A stretch of DNA of 64,000 bases from an uncultured Methanomicrobiaceae archaeon. Its GTDB lineage: Archaea > Halobacteriota > Methanomicrobia > Methanomicrobiales > Methanoculleaceae. Positions 1 to 10,579 of this stretch are shown piece after piece (within the stretch, counting starts at the first letter, position 1; each line of letters opens with the position of its first letter). The stretch lies in NCBI GenBank assembly GCA_963826525.1, contig CAWGXH010000004.1, positions 1,280,001 to 1,344,000 on the forward strand, read 5' to 3'. The notes under the pieces are model-generated. The model had not been told where the DNA came from, made no database searches, and saw only the letters and a program-made list of their open reading frames with translations. A program made the position numbers and the translations under genes.

Positions 1-1
1 G

Positions 2-293
2 CTGCGGGGCGCCGGGATCAGGATCGTGATCGCAAAGTCCTTTGCCCGGATCTTCTACCGGAACGCGATCAATACGGGGCTTCTGCCCCTGGTCTGCCCT
101 GAGGCGGATACGATCGAGGACGGAAGCGAAATTGTCGTGAATCACGGCGGACGGCTCCGTCGAGGCGGACGGAAGGAAACTTCCCATCGAGCCGGTGCCG
201 CCGTTCCTCCAGCGGATCGTCGATGCCGGGGGACTCGTCGAGTACGCGAAGGGAATGGATGAGGTGGAGACATGTACCGAATCGCAAGCATAG
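2..293 (+). CDS. leuD: 3-isopropylmalate dehydratase small subunit (LeuD/DmdB family), 5'-truncated by the window edge, with one frameshift near 145
   Basis: [18 protein letters not shown] motif; after a shift the frame reads [18 protein letters not shown] to TAG at 291-293, overlapping the leuB start. Confidence 0.88.
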
Positions 294-1391
294 GCGGCGA
301 CGGCATCGGCCCTGAGATCATCGAGGCCGGAAAAGTCGTTCTGGATGCGGCCGGCGAGCGGTACGGCTTTGATATCGCATGGGAAGACTTCGCTATCGGG
401 GCCGACCGATACCTCGCGACCGGCGAGCTCGTCACCGAGGAGGATCTCGCCGACCTCTCCCGGTTCCGAGGCGATCTACTTCGGGGCTATCGGGGACGAC
501 CGGGTGAAACCCGGCATCCTCGAGAAGGGTATTCTGCTCGCCCTCCGGTTCCACTTCGATCAGTTCGTCAACCTCCGGCCGATCAAGCTGCTGGAGGGGG
601 TTGCAACACCGCTTGCGAACAAAACCCCGGCGGATATCGACTTCGTCGTCGTCCGCGAGAACACCGAGGACTTCTACGTCGGTATCGGGTCGCGGTTCAC
701 CGGCGGGAGCGAGACAGCGACGCTCGAGGTCGTCCGCGATATCTACCAGGTGAAGTTCGGGATGGACGTTACGACCGATGCGGAGGAGATTGCCTACCAG
801 ATCGGTGTCATCACCCGCGAGGGAGCGGAGCGTGTCATGCGTTACGCCTTCGACCTTGCACAGCGGCGGGAGAAGAAACTCACCTCCGTGGACAAGGCGA
901 ACGTCCTCTCCGATGTCTACGGCCTCTGGCGCGACGTCTTTTCGGGTGTTGCGAAGGATTACCCGGAGGTTTCGACCGAGTTCAATTTCGTGGACGCTGT
1001 CACGATGTGGTTTGTCAAGAACCCCGAGTGGTTCGACGTCGTGGTCACGCCCAATATGTTCGGCGATATCATCACCGACCTCGGGGCAATCATCCAGGGC
1101 GGGCTCGGCCTCGCCCCGGGCGGGAACATCAACCCGCAGGGCACTTCCATGTTCGAACCTATCCATGGTTCGGCACCGAAGTACAAAGGGCTCAACGTGG
1201 CAAACCCCATGGCCACCATCTGGGCGGGATCGATGATGCTCGACCATCTCGGCGAGCACGAGGCGGCGGCGGCCGTCCTCCGGGGTATCGAGCAGAGCAT
1301 CACCGAACAGTTCGTCACCCGGGATATGGGCGGGAAGGCGACGACGAGCGAGGTCGGCGACCACGTGGCGTCGCTGGTCCTGCAACGATAA
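272..1391 (+). CDS. leuB: 3-isopropylmalate / beta-decarboxylating dehydrogenase, frameshift near 465
   Basis: N-terminal GGDGIGPEI in ORF 272; [25 protein letters not shown] and FEPIHGSAP in ORF 345..1391. Confidence 0.88.
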
Positions 1392-1444
1392 CTCCTTTTT
1401 TACACCGGTCGGAAAGCGCCACAGGAAAAAGAGAGTGTCTCGAT

Positions 1445-2059
1445 CTACTCGGCTTTCCTCTCAAGAAGCCTGCGGATAGCTTTGAGTTCCGCGAGTATGG
1501 CATCGTCTCCCGCTACTGTGCGGGGCGGCGCCGCGGGCTGCTCTGGCTGGCCTTCGGTTGCGACGGGAGGAGCGCCCCGGACAAAACTCATGATCGTCTC
1601 CCGGAGATCCTCGGCATCCTCGATCCCGTTTAAGTTGATCTCCGCCCGTGCCTGGGCGGAATAACCCGCTGTCTGGACACGGAGAGATGAGAACCCGAAG
1701 TAGCGCATCAGCGGCCCCTGGGTAATATCGACGTTTGTGATTCGGTTGTAGGGGACGATCCCGGTCTGCCGGAACCAGACCCCCCGCCTCCACGAGATCT
1801 CGGTAGGGGTGAGCTGGTAGATGACGCTTCTGTAGTAGAGCGGGATCCAGACTGCGACGAAGGCGAGGACTGCGGCGATCGGGATGCCGACGGCGAGGAC
1901 GGCGGGCAGCGATCCAGTGAGCCCCAGGGGCAGGACGACGAAGGGGAGGACGAATACCACGACGATCAGGACGAACGTGACATACATATACGTCCGGTAT
2001 GCCGGTTCGGGTTTGAACGGCTCTCCGATGTGGAAGGGTACGGTTGCCATCTGTATCAC
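1445..2059 (-). CDS. Membrane protein with bacterial PH domain (bPH_2 / YdbS-like)
   Basis: Two TM helices, then RRGVWFRQTGIVPYNRITNVDITQGPLMRYFG and VQTAG. Confidence 0.8.
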   Translation of the reverse strand: MIQMATVPFHIGEPFKPEPAYRTYMYVTFVLIVVVFVLPFVVLPLGLTGSLPAVLAVGIPIAAVLAFVAVWIPLYYRSVIYQLTPTEISWRRGVWFRQTGIVPYNRITNVDITQGPLMRYFGFSSLRVQTAGYSAQARAEINLNGIEDAEDLRETIMSFVRGAPPVATEGQPEQPAAPPRTVAGDDAILAELKAIRRLLERKAE

Positions 2060-2116
2060 CCGTCTGGTTCGCGCTCTCCGGTGTTGAAGGTATCAGTTCG
2101 ATAGCGTGAATGCTGT

Positions 2117-2548
2117 TTATGTCTCTCCTGCGGTGACCCGGTAGTATGTTCCGTGGTACTCAAGAAGGATGTTCTGGACGTTTCCGCTCTCATCGGGGTA
2201 CCAGGCGTAGCGGGTTATCAACTGCTCCTCTTCGTCGGGCGTAATACGGAGCGAGCTATATTCGGGGGGGTTCGAGAGGCGAGGAAGGCGATCGAAGAGT
2301 GTGCCGGTCGGGCGGATGACCCTTTTCTGATCCCGGATCATCTCCGCGAGTGCCGGATGCCCGGTAAGATCGTCCTCGGTCAGGCGATAGACGATCTCGT
2401 CCTCCGGCGTATACGTAGCCGTATCGATCGCCTGCACCGTAAGGTAGCCCTGCGAGAAGCCGCCGACGGCGTATGCCGAGAGCAGCGTCATCGCGCTGAG
2501 CGAGACAAAGAGAACCAGTATCATACCTTCAACCCGCATGGTGCCCAT
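2117..2548 (-). CDS. Hypothetical exported or membrane-anchored protein
   Basis: Hydrophobic N-terminus; ends LLEYHGTYYRV; TATA-like AT-rich run at about 2570-2578 upstream. Confidence 0.6.
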   Translation of the reverse strand: MGTMRVEGMILVLFVSLSAMTLLSAYAVGGFSQGYLTVQAIDTATYTPEDEIVYRLTEDDLTGHPALAEMIRDQKRVIRPTGTLFDRLPRLSNPPEYSSLRITPDEEEQLITRYAWYPDESGNVQNILLEYHGTYYRVTAGET

Positions 2549-2615
2549 TATGAATGAATCGCCTGATGGATATAAAAATCCACGGTCTCGCGGGAGACTA
2601 CAATAACCTCCGGGC

Positions 2616-3068
2616 TCACTCTATTTCCTTCCTCATAATCATCCGATCCGCTCCGGCACCGAAGTAGTCGCCGCAATAGTCGACCTGTGTAAATCCGTAC
2701 CTGTCGTAGAGGCTCCGCCCCGGGGCATTCGCCGGCGAGACCGATAGAAATACTTCGTGTATCTCCATGTCCTGAAACGCCGTGAGGATGTTCGCGACGA
2801 GACTCGCTCCCACACCCTGCCTCCGGTTTTCCTCCCGGACGGCGAGACGGATGATCCAGGCTTGCGAGTTCCTCTCCTGGATCCGGGCGCCGATGGTGTA
2901 CCCGATGATCTCACCGTCACGGTCGGCGACGAGGAAGGTCTCCGGGAAGAGGATGCCTGCCTGCCTGATGAAGACCGCGGGTTTGCATTCTCCGGGGATA
3001 TTCGCTTTTTCGAGGGAGCAGATCATGGAATAATCCGAGTCGCGGTACTGCCGGATAATCTGGTCCAT
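2616..3068 (-). CDS. GNAT (RimI-like) N-acetyltransferase
   Basis: RLAVREENRRQGVG acetyl-CoA motif A, SVSPAN and LYDRYGF; likely start MDQIIRQY at 3068. Confidence 0.85.
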   Translation of the reverse strand: MDQIIRQYRDSDYSMICSLEKANIPGECKPAVFIRQAGILFPETFLVADRDGEIIGYTIGARIQERNSQAWIIRLAVREENRRQGVGASLVANILTAFQDMEIHEVFLSVSPANAPGRSLYDRYGFTQVDYCGDYFGAGADRMIMRKEIE

Positions 3069-3422
3069 GCTTGGCATATTCGTCGCCGTTCTTGAAAAGA
3101 ATGCCCATTCGGGATCGTATTCCTTGCGATCAACCTTGCTATGATACCAATACCGACGGACACCGGGAACGGTGTGCCTGTCGATAAGAAAATGCGCATA
3201 GTCATCGCAGGATATGGAAAAATCCTGGTTATCGGCTATTTTCCGGCAATGGAGATCCCGGCACTCGCCGGCATGACGATCAGGGAGACCGGTCTTCCGG
3301 GTTTTGGCGTCCGGTTCGAGATACATATCCCGAACGGGACGTGCCAAATCTCACATGAGGCCGGGGAGCGGACATTCAGGCCGCTACCGACGTTGGGGTG
3401 AGGCCGAAAAACGGCCTCAACC

Positions 3423-3627
3423 TCACTTTTTGCCCTTTTCGAGCATGTCGCGTGCCATCTTGTAGGTCTCGACTTTATACTGCAACTGCTCGATCATATG
3501 TTCTTTCATCCGAATCTTCGACTCGATCATCCGGCCAACCAGCTGCCTGATCTGGTCCTCGTCGAGGCTGCTTCCACATCTTTTCCATAAGCTCCGAATG
3601 TACGTCGTATCCGCCACCATGTTGCAT
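3423..3627 (-). CDS. Small Met-rich helical hypothetical protein, frameshift near 3566
   Basis: Joining two frames gives MQHGGGYDVHSELMEKMWKQLDEDQIRQLVGRMIESKIRMKEHMIEQLQYKVETYKMARDMLEKGKK. Confidence 0.65.
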
Positions 3628-3970
3628 AGAATGGTTCCTCCTGTTCTGATCCGCGGTCACTCATGGCCACGGGTGACCCCCTGTTTCGGTGCGGGTATTA
3701 ATACCTTGTGGGGTGGCGGAACCCTGTACAAGCCTGATAATCGAAGTGAAGCCTGATTCGGCATTCGTCCCCGTTACTATTCCTGCCAGCCGTACGCGTA
3801 GACGACAGAGTGGAAGGGTCGGAAAGGCGAGCCCGGGTCAGGCCGCCGGTGGACATATCGCCACCGCGGCTTCTTAACGGAGAGAGGGACGATCGCTGCT
3901 GATGATCTGCGAGGATGCCCCGGTGCGAAAGAAGCTCCTGTTCTGTAGGATTCACTCATCCGGGTGCGGG

Positions 3971-5116
3971 CTATGCTCTTCGCCGCTGCCCGTCCATACA
4001 GGCGTTCAGTACCTCGTCGAGGAACTCGAGCGTTCCCTCGACACCGGCGAGCGCCCGGGCGCGAAGGTGCACCCGCCCCCGCACCGGCGGTGTCAGGGGG
4101 ACGAAGGGAGTCTTCGGGATGACGCTCTGTTCGTAGGACGAACCGATGACGAGATCGGGCTCGCATGCCCTGAGCAGATCCGCTATCCGGGTGAAGTCGA
4201 CCGTCTCCTCGACCCGGAAGCGGGAGGGGGGGGCGTGGTTTCGGGAGCAGATGCAGGCTATCTCGGCGTCGAGATGCTGCTCGAGCGTCTCCGCGACGAA
4301 GACTGCATATGCCCCTCCTCCGAAGACTGCCGCCCGGGGAGGCTCGAAACGGCGCAGGTACTTGTCGCATGCCTTCGCGATCCGCGCCTCGGCGGAGGCG
4401 ATCTCCCGGTAGACCGGTGCGGGGTCGATAGTGTCACGGGTGTTCGCGAGTCTCTCGAATGTCTCCGCCACTGCATCGAGGCCGAGGAGGGAGCCGCACC
4501 ACTCTCCGACGCCGCTCGCGAGGTCGGGATTCGTGCCGACCGTGAACGGAGCCGCCCTATACGCCGCATCGAACCGGTCGCAAGCGAAGGTCGTGCCGAT
4601 GCCCGCGCCTGCCGCCGTGAGCAGGCGCCGGGCTTCCAGCATGTTCCCCCGGTGCAACGGATCGATAAGGCTGATCCCGTCGATGTTGATGCCCGGCATC
4701 TCGTCGTCGACCGCCGGCTGTATCCGTTCCAGCGCCGCGTGGTACCCGGCCTCGAGCGTGCCGAGGAATCCCGGACTGTCGACGAGGAGCAGGTCGTGAT
4801 CGTCGACCACACCGGCGAGGTCCTCCCCCATAATCGCGGGCACGCAGGTGGTGACAACGGCGATATGATCGTACCGTCCGGCAACCTCGCCGATCACCTC
4901 GCCGAGCCGCTCTTCCGTCCCGAAGATGATCTCGTTCTCGACGAGAAACGTCCCGTGGATGGGGGCGGCGACGAGGGAGGCCGGGTAGAAGTAGCAGCCG
5001 CTCGAACCGTGGACGATGACGGCGAGATCTTCGAACCCGGCGAGACACGCGACCGCTCCGGTCATGGCGCAAGGCCAGAGCGGGTTTGAGCAGTCCTGCT
5101 GTGCGGGTGGGTGCAT
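3971..5116 (-). CDS. Nitrogenase component-1-like oxidoreductase subunit (NifD/K fold, short form)
   Basis: NPLWPCAMTGA, HGSSGC, ENEIIFG, TTCVPAIMGEDL, DSPGFLG and DLVIGSSYE. Confidence 0.88.
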   Translation of the reverse strand: MHPPAQQDCSNPLWPCAMTGAVACLAGFEDLAVIVHGSSGCYFYPASLVAAPIHGTFLVENEIIFGTEERLGEVIGEVAGRYDHIAVVTTCVPAIMGEDLAGVVDDHDLLLVDSPGFLGTLEAGYHAALERIQPAVDDEMPGINIDGISLIDPLHRGNMLEARRLLTAAGAGIGTTFACDRFDAAYRAAPFTVGTNPDLASGVGEWCGSLLGLDAVAETFERLANTRDTIDPAPVYREIASAEARIAKACDKYLRRFEPPRAAVFGGGAYAVFVAETLEQHLDAEIACICSRNHAPPSRFRVEETVDFTRIADLLRACEPDLVIGSSYEQSVIPKTPFVPLTPPVRGRVHLRARALAGVEGTLEFLDEVLNACMDGQRRRA

Positions 5117-5215
5117 GGTCTGGCAAGATCATCGATGCGGCGGGATAAAAGGGTGGCGCAGGGGCGGGCACTTCGCCGCAGCCGATGTGAATTACGGGGT
5201 ATTCTCTTTTTATTC

Positions 5216-6503
5216 GTGAATATATGCTGTATTAAGGCTCAGAATTGTACTCTGCTCCTAGTCGCGCTCCTGCTTCTCGCGGGAGGGTTCGTCTCTTCCG
5301 CGTCTGCTGCCGGGACCGCCGACGTGACGATCGTCTCCTCTCCCGGTGGTGCCTCCGTCACGGTAGACGGCTCCTATGTCGGCATGACCTCGCGGGGTCG
5401 ACCCTTCCATTCTCCGTCACCGTGAACGCAGGAGCCCATACTGTGGCCGTAGCACTCACCGGGTACCAGCCCTCGGTTACCACCATCCAGGCGAAGCCGG
5501 GCGAGCTGCGGACGCTCTCGATGATCCTCGCCTCCTCCCCGGCGTCGGGTGCGGCATACGTCGCCTCGACGCCCGGGAGCGCGATGGCGTCGCTTGACGG
5601 CGGCGAGACACGGGCGACTCCCGCGAACTTCACCGTCGTGGCGCCCGGAACGCACTCGGTGAAGATCACGAAACCGGGTTTCGTTCCCTGGTCGAAGACG
5701 GTGACCGCCAATGCAATCCTGAACCCGGCGCCGGATACGGGAACGCTCTCGGTCATGTCAAACCCGTCCGGTGCCGATATCTATCTTGACGGGACGTACC
5801 TGGTTTATTCCCCGATCACCCTCGGGAACGTCGTCCAGGGCGGACACGAGCTCCGCCTGCAGCTCGCCGGGTACCAGACCTGGACGGGGACGGCATCGGT
5901 TGGAGGCGGGAAGACCGCTGCGGTGAGCGCAGTCCTCATCCCGACACCTGCCGGGACGTAGGTGACATCGCCGTGACGTCCACGCCCGCGGGAGCGGCGA
6001 TATATCTCGACAACACCTACCGGGGCACGACTGCCGCCGGGAACCCGATTGATATCACCGGGGTCTCTCCCGGTACGCACGCTGTCACGCTGACGCGTGC
6101 CCGGTATGCCGATTACGTCACCGGCGTTTCCGTCGCCCCGGGACAGACGGTGCGCATAGCCGCGGTGATGATGCCCGGTGCAGGCCCGGGTGAGAAAGGC
6201 TTGGTCGCGGTCTCTTCAAAACCCTCCAGTGCAGACATCTATCTCGACAACCAGTATCTCGGGATCACGCCGCTTACGCAGGCCGGCGTCGCGCCGGGTC
6301 AGCATGCGCTGCTTATGAAGGTGAACGGCTATACGGACTGGTCGGGAGATGTCCAGGTGGCGGCAGGGAAGACCACTGAGGTCACGGCAGGCATGATGGC
6401 GAAGCAGAGCGCGCCGGAGGCAGGGAGTGCTCCTGTCCTGCTGCCGGGTGCGCTCATGCTTGCCGCGGTGCTGTACCTCGCGTGCAGGATGAAACGAGAA
6501 TAA
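5216..6503 (+). CDS. Multi-PEGA-domain surface protein with signal peptide and C-terminal membrane anchor; frameshifts near 5390 and 5960; start approximate
   Basis: About five S(S/T/N/K)PxGA-IYLDG-G-TP repeats across ORFs 5111, 5245 and 5973; C-terminus PVLLPGALMLAAVLYLACRMKRE. Confidence 0.8.
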
Positions 6504-6530
6504 CTCCCCCCATTTTCTCTGACGGATGGT

Positions 6531-6986
6531 TTAGCGTTTCACGACCATGACCGGCTGATGAGCATTTTTGACGACATACTCGGAGACGGTGCCGAGCAGC
6601 CGGTCGCGGATGTTGCTCCTGCCGTGCGATCCTATGACGATGAGGGAGACGTTCTCCTCGTCAGCCGCTTTGACAATCGCCTTTCCCGGCTCGTCGATGG
6701 GTGTCCGGACATGCACTGCGAACCCCTCCCGCTCGAGCTGCCGGCGTGTGTCGATGATGTTGTTCTGGATATCCTCCCGTAACCGTCGCTGAACCTCGGT
6801 CTCGACGTCCGGCACCGAGCCGAGGAAACCCGCTCCACCCGATGCGATCAGGGTGATATCCTTCTGGTCGATGACATGCACCATCACGACTTCGAGGGTG
6901 CCGGCGGCCTTCAGATCCCGGATATAGTCCATTGCTTTCAATGAGGGCTCGGAGAAGTCGGTGGGGAACAAAATGCGCTGAAACAC
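6531..6986 (-). CDS. Universal stress protein (UspA family)
   Basis: ILFPTDFSEPS and LIVIGSHGRS...LLGTVSEYVVKNA. Confidence 0.92.
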   Translation of the reverse strand: MFQRILFPTDFSEPSLKAMDYIRDLKAAGTLEVVMVHVIDQKDITLIASGGAGFLGSVPDVETEVQRRLREDIQNNIIDTRRQLEREGFAVHVRTPIDEPGKAIVKAADEENVSLIVIGSHGRSNIRDRLLGTVSEYVVKNAHQPVMVVKR

Positions 6987-7069
6987 GGTTGGATCCTCCT
7001 CTGTGGATAACCAAACCTTTGTTCATCCTGTATATAAGAGTACGGTCGGGCCAGGCCGGGAACCGGCCT

Positions 7070-8143
7070 TTATCGGTGGCCGCCTGAACGGATTGCCCGT
7101 TGCCAGCGGTGCAGCATCCGGTGGATGCCTGCGGTTCCGACAGGAGCCGGGTAGGGGGCAGGGAGCGGTATCCCATCCTGCGTGAGGCGGAGATCGAGCG
7201 TTTCTACTAGTTCTGCGACGATCCCGCGCCCTTCCCCATCCTCTTCGAGCATTGGGGAGAACCGGTCGAACCTGATACGGGTTCCGGCGAGATCGGCGAA
7301 CTCTGCCAGAATCTCCTTCTGGTATGCAGCCTCCTCATGCACCGGATCACGGGAGTCCTGTCCGGTAAGTCTGCCCACCTCTTCGAGGAACCGGCGGGTT
7401 CCGGCGAGACCCGCCGGAAACGATTCGACGAAGGGTGTTCCGTGTCGGTGCATAAGTTCCTCCCCGACCGGCCGGAGAGCCGGTTCGCGGAGGATGTTGA
7501 GCGATCCCGCACCAAGCCGGGCGACATCGCGCGTAGCGATATCCCGGACGAACCGGAGGTTCACCGGAAGGTCGAAGTATGCAAGCAGACGCACCATCTC
7601 GGCGTAGTTTTCGTCGACATCCGATTCGAGGTTCTTTTCCCCGATGAGCGTCACCCCGGCGTCCTGTTGTGAGCAGGGTCCGGCAAGAGTCGCGGCGGCG
7701 AGCAGTGCATTCGAAACCCCCGTCTGGAAGATGCCGCCGAGGAATCCGGCCGTCCGGATGGGAACGACCGGCAGATCCCACTCGCGCGTGCAGACGCCGT
7801 AGACGTCGTCGCCGATGGTATCGACGATACAGGTGGAGAGGACGAAGAGCGACGCCGGGGATGGCAGAACCTCGTGAGCACGGCCGATGCACCGTTCAAG
7901 CGCATCTTCACCGCCGAAGATGATCTCGTTCTCGGAAAGCCCGGTCGAGAGGAGACGTGGGACGGCAACCGTATCGTTTCCGAGCAGCGTTGCATGGAGG
8001 AGGGAAAAATTGTGGTGGGTGCATCCGGCAGGGCCGTGGATGATGCAGACCGCGTCGCGTATCTCTGTCACCACGGCGAGAGCGCCGGTCAGGGTGCATC
8101 CCTCAAACCTGGACACATTCGAGGGCAAAGGCTTCGAGTTCAT
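7070..8143 (-). CDS. Nitrogenase component-1-like oxidoreductase subunit (NifD/E fold, short form)
   Basis: [41 protein letters not shown] and TAGFLGG; likely start MNSKP overlaps the end of the NifH-like gene. Confidence 0.88.
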   Translation of the reverse strand: MNSKPLPSNVSRFEGCTLTGALAVVTEIRDAVCIIHGPAGCTHHNFSLLHATLLGNDTVAVPRLLSTGLSENEIIFGGEDALERCIGRAHEVLPSPASLFVLSTCIVDTIGDDVYGVCTREWDLPVVPIRTAGFLGGIFQTGVSNALLAAATLAGPCSQQDAGVTLIGEKNLESDVDENYAEMVRLLAYFDLPVNLRFVRDIATRDVARLGAGSLNILREPALRPVGEELMHRHGTPFVESFPAGLAGTRRFLEEVGRLTGQDSRDPVHEEAAYQKEILAEFADLAGTRIRFDRFSPMLEEDGEGRGIVAELVETLDLRLTQDGIPLPAPYPAPVGTAGIHRMLHRWQRAIRSGGHR

Positions 8144-8921
8144 CCATGTCGAAGGGAGTCGGAATGCTCGTCTGGGTGTTCTTGTAGATATCGTCGGCCA
8201 GCTGCCGGTAGACCTCTGCCTGGCCGGAATCCGGAGCATACTCGATGACCGTCTGCCTGTTCAGCTCGGCGAGCTGGACGATGCGGTCGCGCGGTATATA
8301 CGCTATCAGGGATGAGTTGATACGCCGGGCGAACTCCTCCACGAGGTCACGTTCCCCTTCGATGTTCTTCGCGTTGCAGATGACGCCGCCGAGCCTGCAG
8401 CCGTTTCTGACCCTCTTCGAGAGGCGGGCGATCGCTTTTGCGATGTTGTTTGCAGCGTAGATCGACATCAGCTCGCCGGAGGTGACGAGGTATACCTCCT
8501 CGGCGTAATTCTCCCGCATCGGCATGGCGAAACCGCCGCAGACGACGTCGCCGAGGACGTCATAGACGATCACGTCGCCGTTAAGAGCGCCGAGCCGTTC
8601 CAGAAGCTGGAAGGTTGCGATGATTCCACGTCCGGCACACCCGATCCCCGGTTCCGGACCCCCTGCCTCCACGCAGCGCACACCCGAGAAACCGGGATGG
8701 ACGACGTCGTCCACGGTGAGGTTTGCATCTCCCCGCTCACGGATAAGGTCGAGCACGGTCGGGATCCAGGTCCCGTGCATCAGCATCCTGGTGCTGTCGT
8801 GCTTCGGATCACAGCCGATCTGCAGGATCTCAAGGCCGCTTCTTGCCAGTGCTGCCGAAAGGTTAGCCGACGTCGTGGATTTGCCGATTCCACCTTTCCC
8901 GTAGAGGGCGATCTGTTTCAT
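8103..8921 (-). CDS. Nitrogenase iron-protein-like reductase (NifH/CfbC family, group IV-like)
   Basis: [35 protein letters not shown] and [12 protein letters not shown] with both [4Fe-4S] Cys. Confidence 0.93.
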   Translation of the reverse strand: MKQIALYGKGGIGKSTTSANLSAALARSGLEILQIGCDPKHDSTRMLMHGTWIPTVLDLIRERGDANLTVDDVVHPGFSGVRCVEAGGPEPGIGCAGRGIIATFQLLERLGALNGDVIVYDVLGDVVCGGFAMPMRENYAEEVYLVTSGELMSIYAANNIAKAIARLSKRVRNGCRLGGVICNAKNIEGERDLVEEFARRINSSLIAYIPRDRIVQLAELNRQTVIEYAPDSGQAEVYRQLADDIYKNTQTSIPTPFDMDELEAFALECVQV

Positions 8922-9179
8922 CCTAGAACCTACCTTACGTTAGGCACGCTGTCCTCAAATAATTAATCTGGATTTTCGTAAAGACAAGTGGATGTGCGGG
9001 ACACCGGGTATACGGCATCTCCCGCCTTCCATTCCCCGGCGGGTGCCTATCAGGCGCCGCATGCTCGATCTCCGGGCGGTGCGGTTCCCGGCGGCTACCC
9101 GGGAACGGCGGGTCGGAGACGTTAGCCCGAGACCATCTCGCGCTTCTGCCGGTGCCGCGGAGCCGGCCGTCAAAACACA

Positions 9180-9320
9180 TCTTCTCAAATAAATAGTTTT
9201 GTCCTTTCTTAAATCCGGTCAGATGAACTCTTTTAGAGGATATGTCACGATGAGGATTCAGTTTAATATTCTGAGTCTTATAAATTGTTATTTATTATCC
9301 AGAAGGTATATAATTGGCGA
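9180..9320. promoter_or_regulatory. AT-rich divergent promoter region with TATA-like boxes
   Basis: Strongly AT-rich stretch (ttataaatt, tttattat, tataat) between the divergent NifH-like gene and the 9359 gene. Confidence 0.5.
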
Positions 9321-9358
9321 GTTGAAAACCTACGTACACCACAGGGGAGCTGACGTAT

Positions 9359-9988
9359 ATGGACCCACACTACCGTTCACGACTGATTGCCGTTGTCATC
9401 GCCATGATCGTTATCTGTTCGGCTTTTTCGGTCAGCCCGGTAGCTGGATTCCGACTGGAGAACAGGGATGGAAACGGCACCGGTGCAATACTTGCCGAAT
9501 CGCTGGTAATGCAGGAGAGCACCAAGCTTGAGGAAGAGTTTCTGGAAAACGTGACCGTCTACATCGACAGCCGGAGCGACAAGTTCGAGCCGTACCGAAA
9601 CTCCTCGCTCGAGGTTTTTGTGAACGGTGTCTATAGCCTTGAGGAGGATGCGATCTACCTGCGATCGGATCTGAATCCCGAGAGTGCGGACGAGACGCTC
9701 GTCCAGCAGATCGGATACCGGATCTACTACCGGAAGGGGCTTGAGAAGAGCGATCTTCTGCGGTCGCTCACACCGGCTCCCGGGTCTTACCTGAGCCGAA
9801 TCAGCACCCTGCCGGGCGAGGTCACCGGTGCGACCGTCTTTGCAAATGCCTTCATGCTCTACTACACATCCCCCGAGCTGCTCGAGACGGACAACCCCGG
9901 GCTCTACACCTATATCGACCTGCTCGTCGAGACAGGAGGGGATGCAGCGGTCGTCGACGACCTGTACCGCACCTCCGAGCCGGCGTGA
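9359..9988 (+). CDS. Secreted protein with a degenerate zincin (ATLF/Pro-Pro-endopeptidase-like) fold
   Basis: Signal peptide; GVY...IYL...TLVQQIGY in place of HExGH; VFANAFMLYYTSPELL...PGLYTYI; T-run at 10005-10014 after the stop. Confidence 0.6.
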   Translation: MDPHYRSRLIAVVIAMIVICSAFSVSPVAGFRLENRDGNGTGAILAESLVMQESTKLEEEFLENVTVYIDSRSDKFEPYRNSSLEVFVNGVYSLEEDAIYLRSDLNPESADETLVQQIGYRIYYRKGLEKSDLLRSLTPAPGSYLSRISTLPGEVTGATVFANAFMLYYTSPELLETDNPGLYTYIDLLVETGGDAAVVDDLYRTSEPA

Positions 9989-10579
9989 TCCGGCTTTTCT
10001 CACGTTTTTTTTTAGGCTCATTTCAGGGCGCTTCCCTTTCAGTCTTTTCGATCCGGACTCTTCAAACCCGCAGGGAAATCGATTTACGTACGATGATATG
10101 ATCCTGCGTTCCGGCGCAATGAACGCCGGGATGAACTGATGGGCTTCAACCCTGCATGGCGAGCGTTTTTCCGGCCGGAGCCGGTGATCAATGCCTCACC
10201 GGGTTCGTTTCGCGTCTCGATGCAGATTTCCGCTGGTAGGTCTACTGCGCTCCGGTGAGATGTGCGTGACTGTCCCCTGTTCCGGGAAGAATATTCGGCT
10301 TCATGATACGTGACGGCACGGGTGCTGGATTTTTCCATACGCTGATTTTTTCCAGCGCGATTGAGATATATGCTCGACCGTTCAAGGTTTCTCAAGGGCC
10401 TGATTGCCATGCGAGAGTTTGTGGTACTTCGGATGTGCGATTAATTCAGGGAAAAGCGAGTGCTGTTCATCCCACCCTGATAAGCCGGATGAGCATACTA
10501 TAGCTCGAAGGCAGATGTGTTTGCATTCTTCAACTTAAGAGTCTGCTCGTTTTTGCCTTCGGTTTGAAGGTGATTACCA

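Noticed and set aside
5959-5961. TAG read-through (pyrrolysine) in the PEGA gene
   Set aside because: The downstream PEGA repeats are in a different frame and the same frame stops again four codons later; a frameshift explains it.
3971-8921. Calling the cluster a true N2-fixing nifHDK
   Set aside because: Subunits are too short, I could not find FeMo-co ligand motifs, and there are no nifE/N/B/I genes nearby.
8990-9170. GC-rich hairpins (cccgcc/ggcggg, gttcccgg/ccgggaac) upstream of the NifH-like gene as a riboswitch or ncRNA
   Set aside because: No recognisable SRP, RNase P or riboswitch motif; short stems are expected at this GC content; a TATA-like run at about 8957-8967 suggests transcription starts downstream of them.
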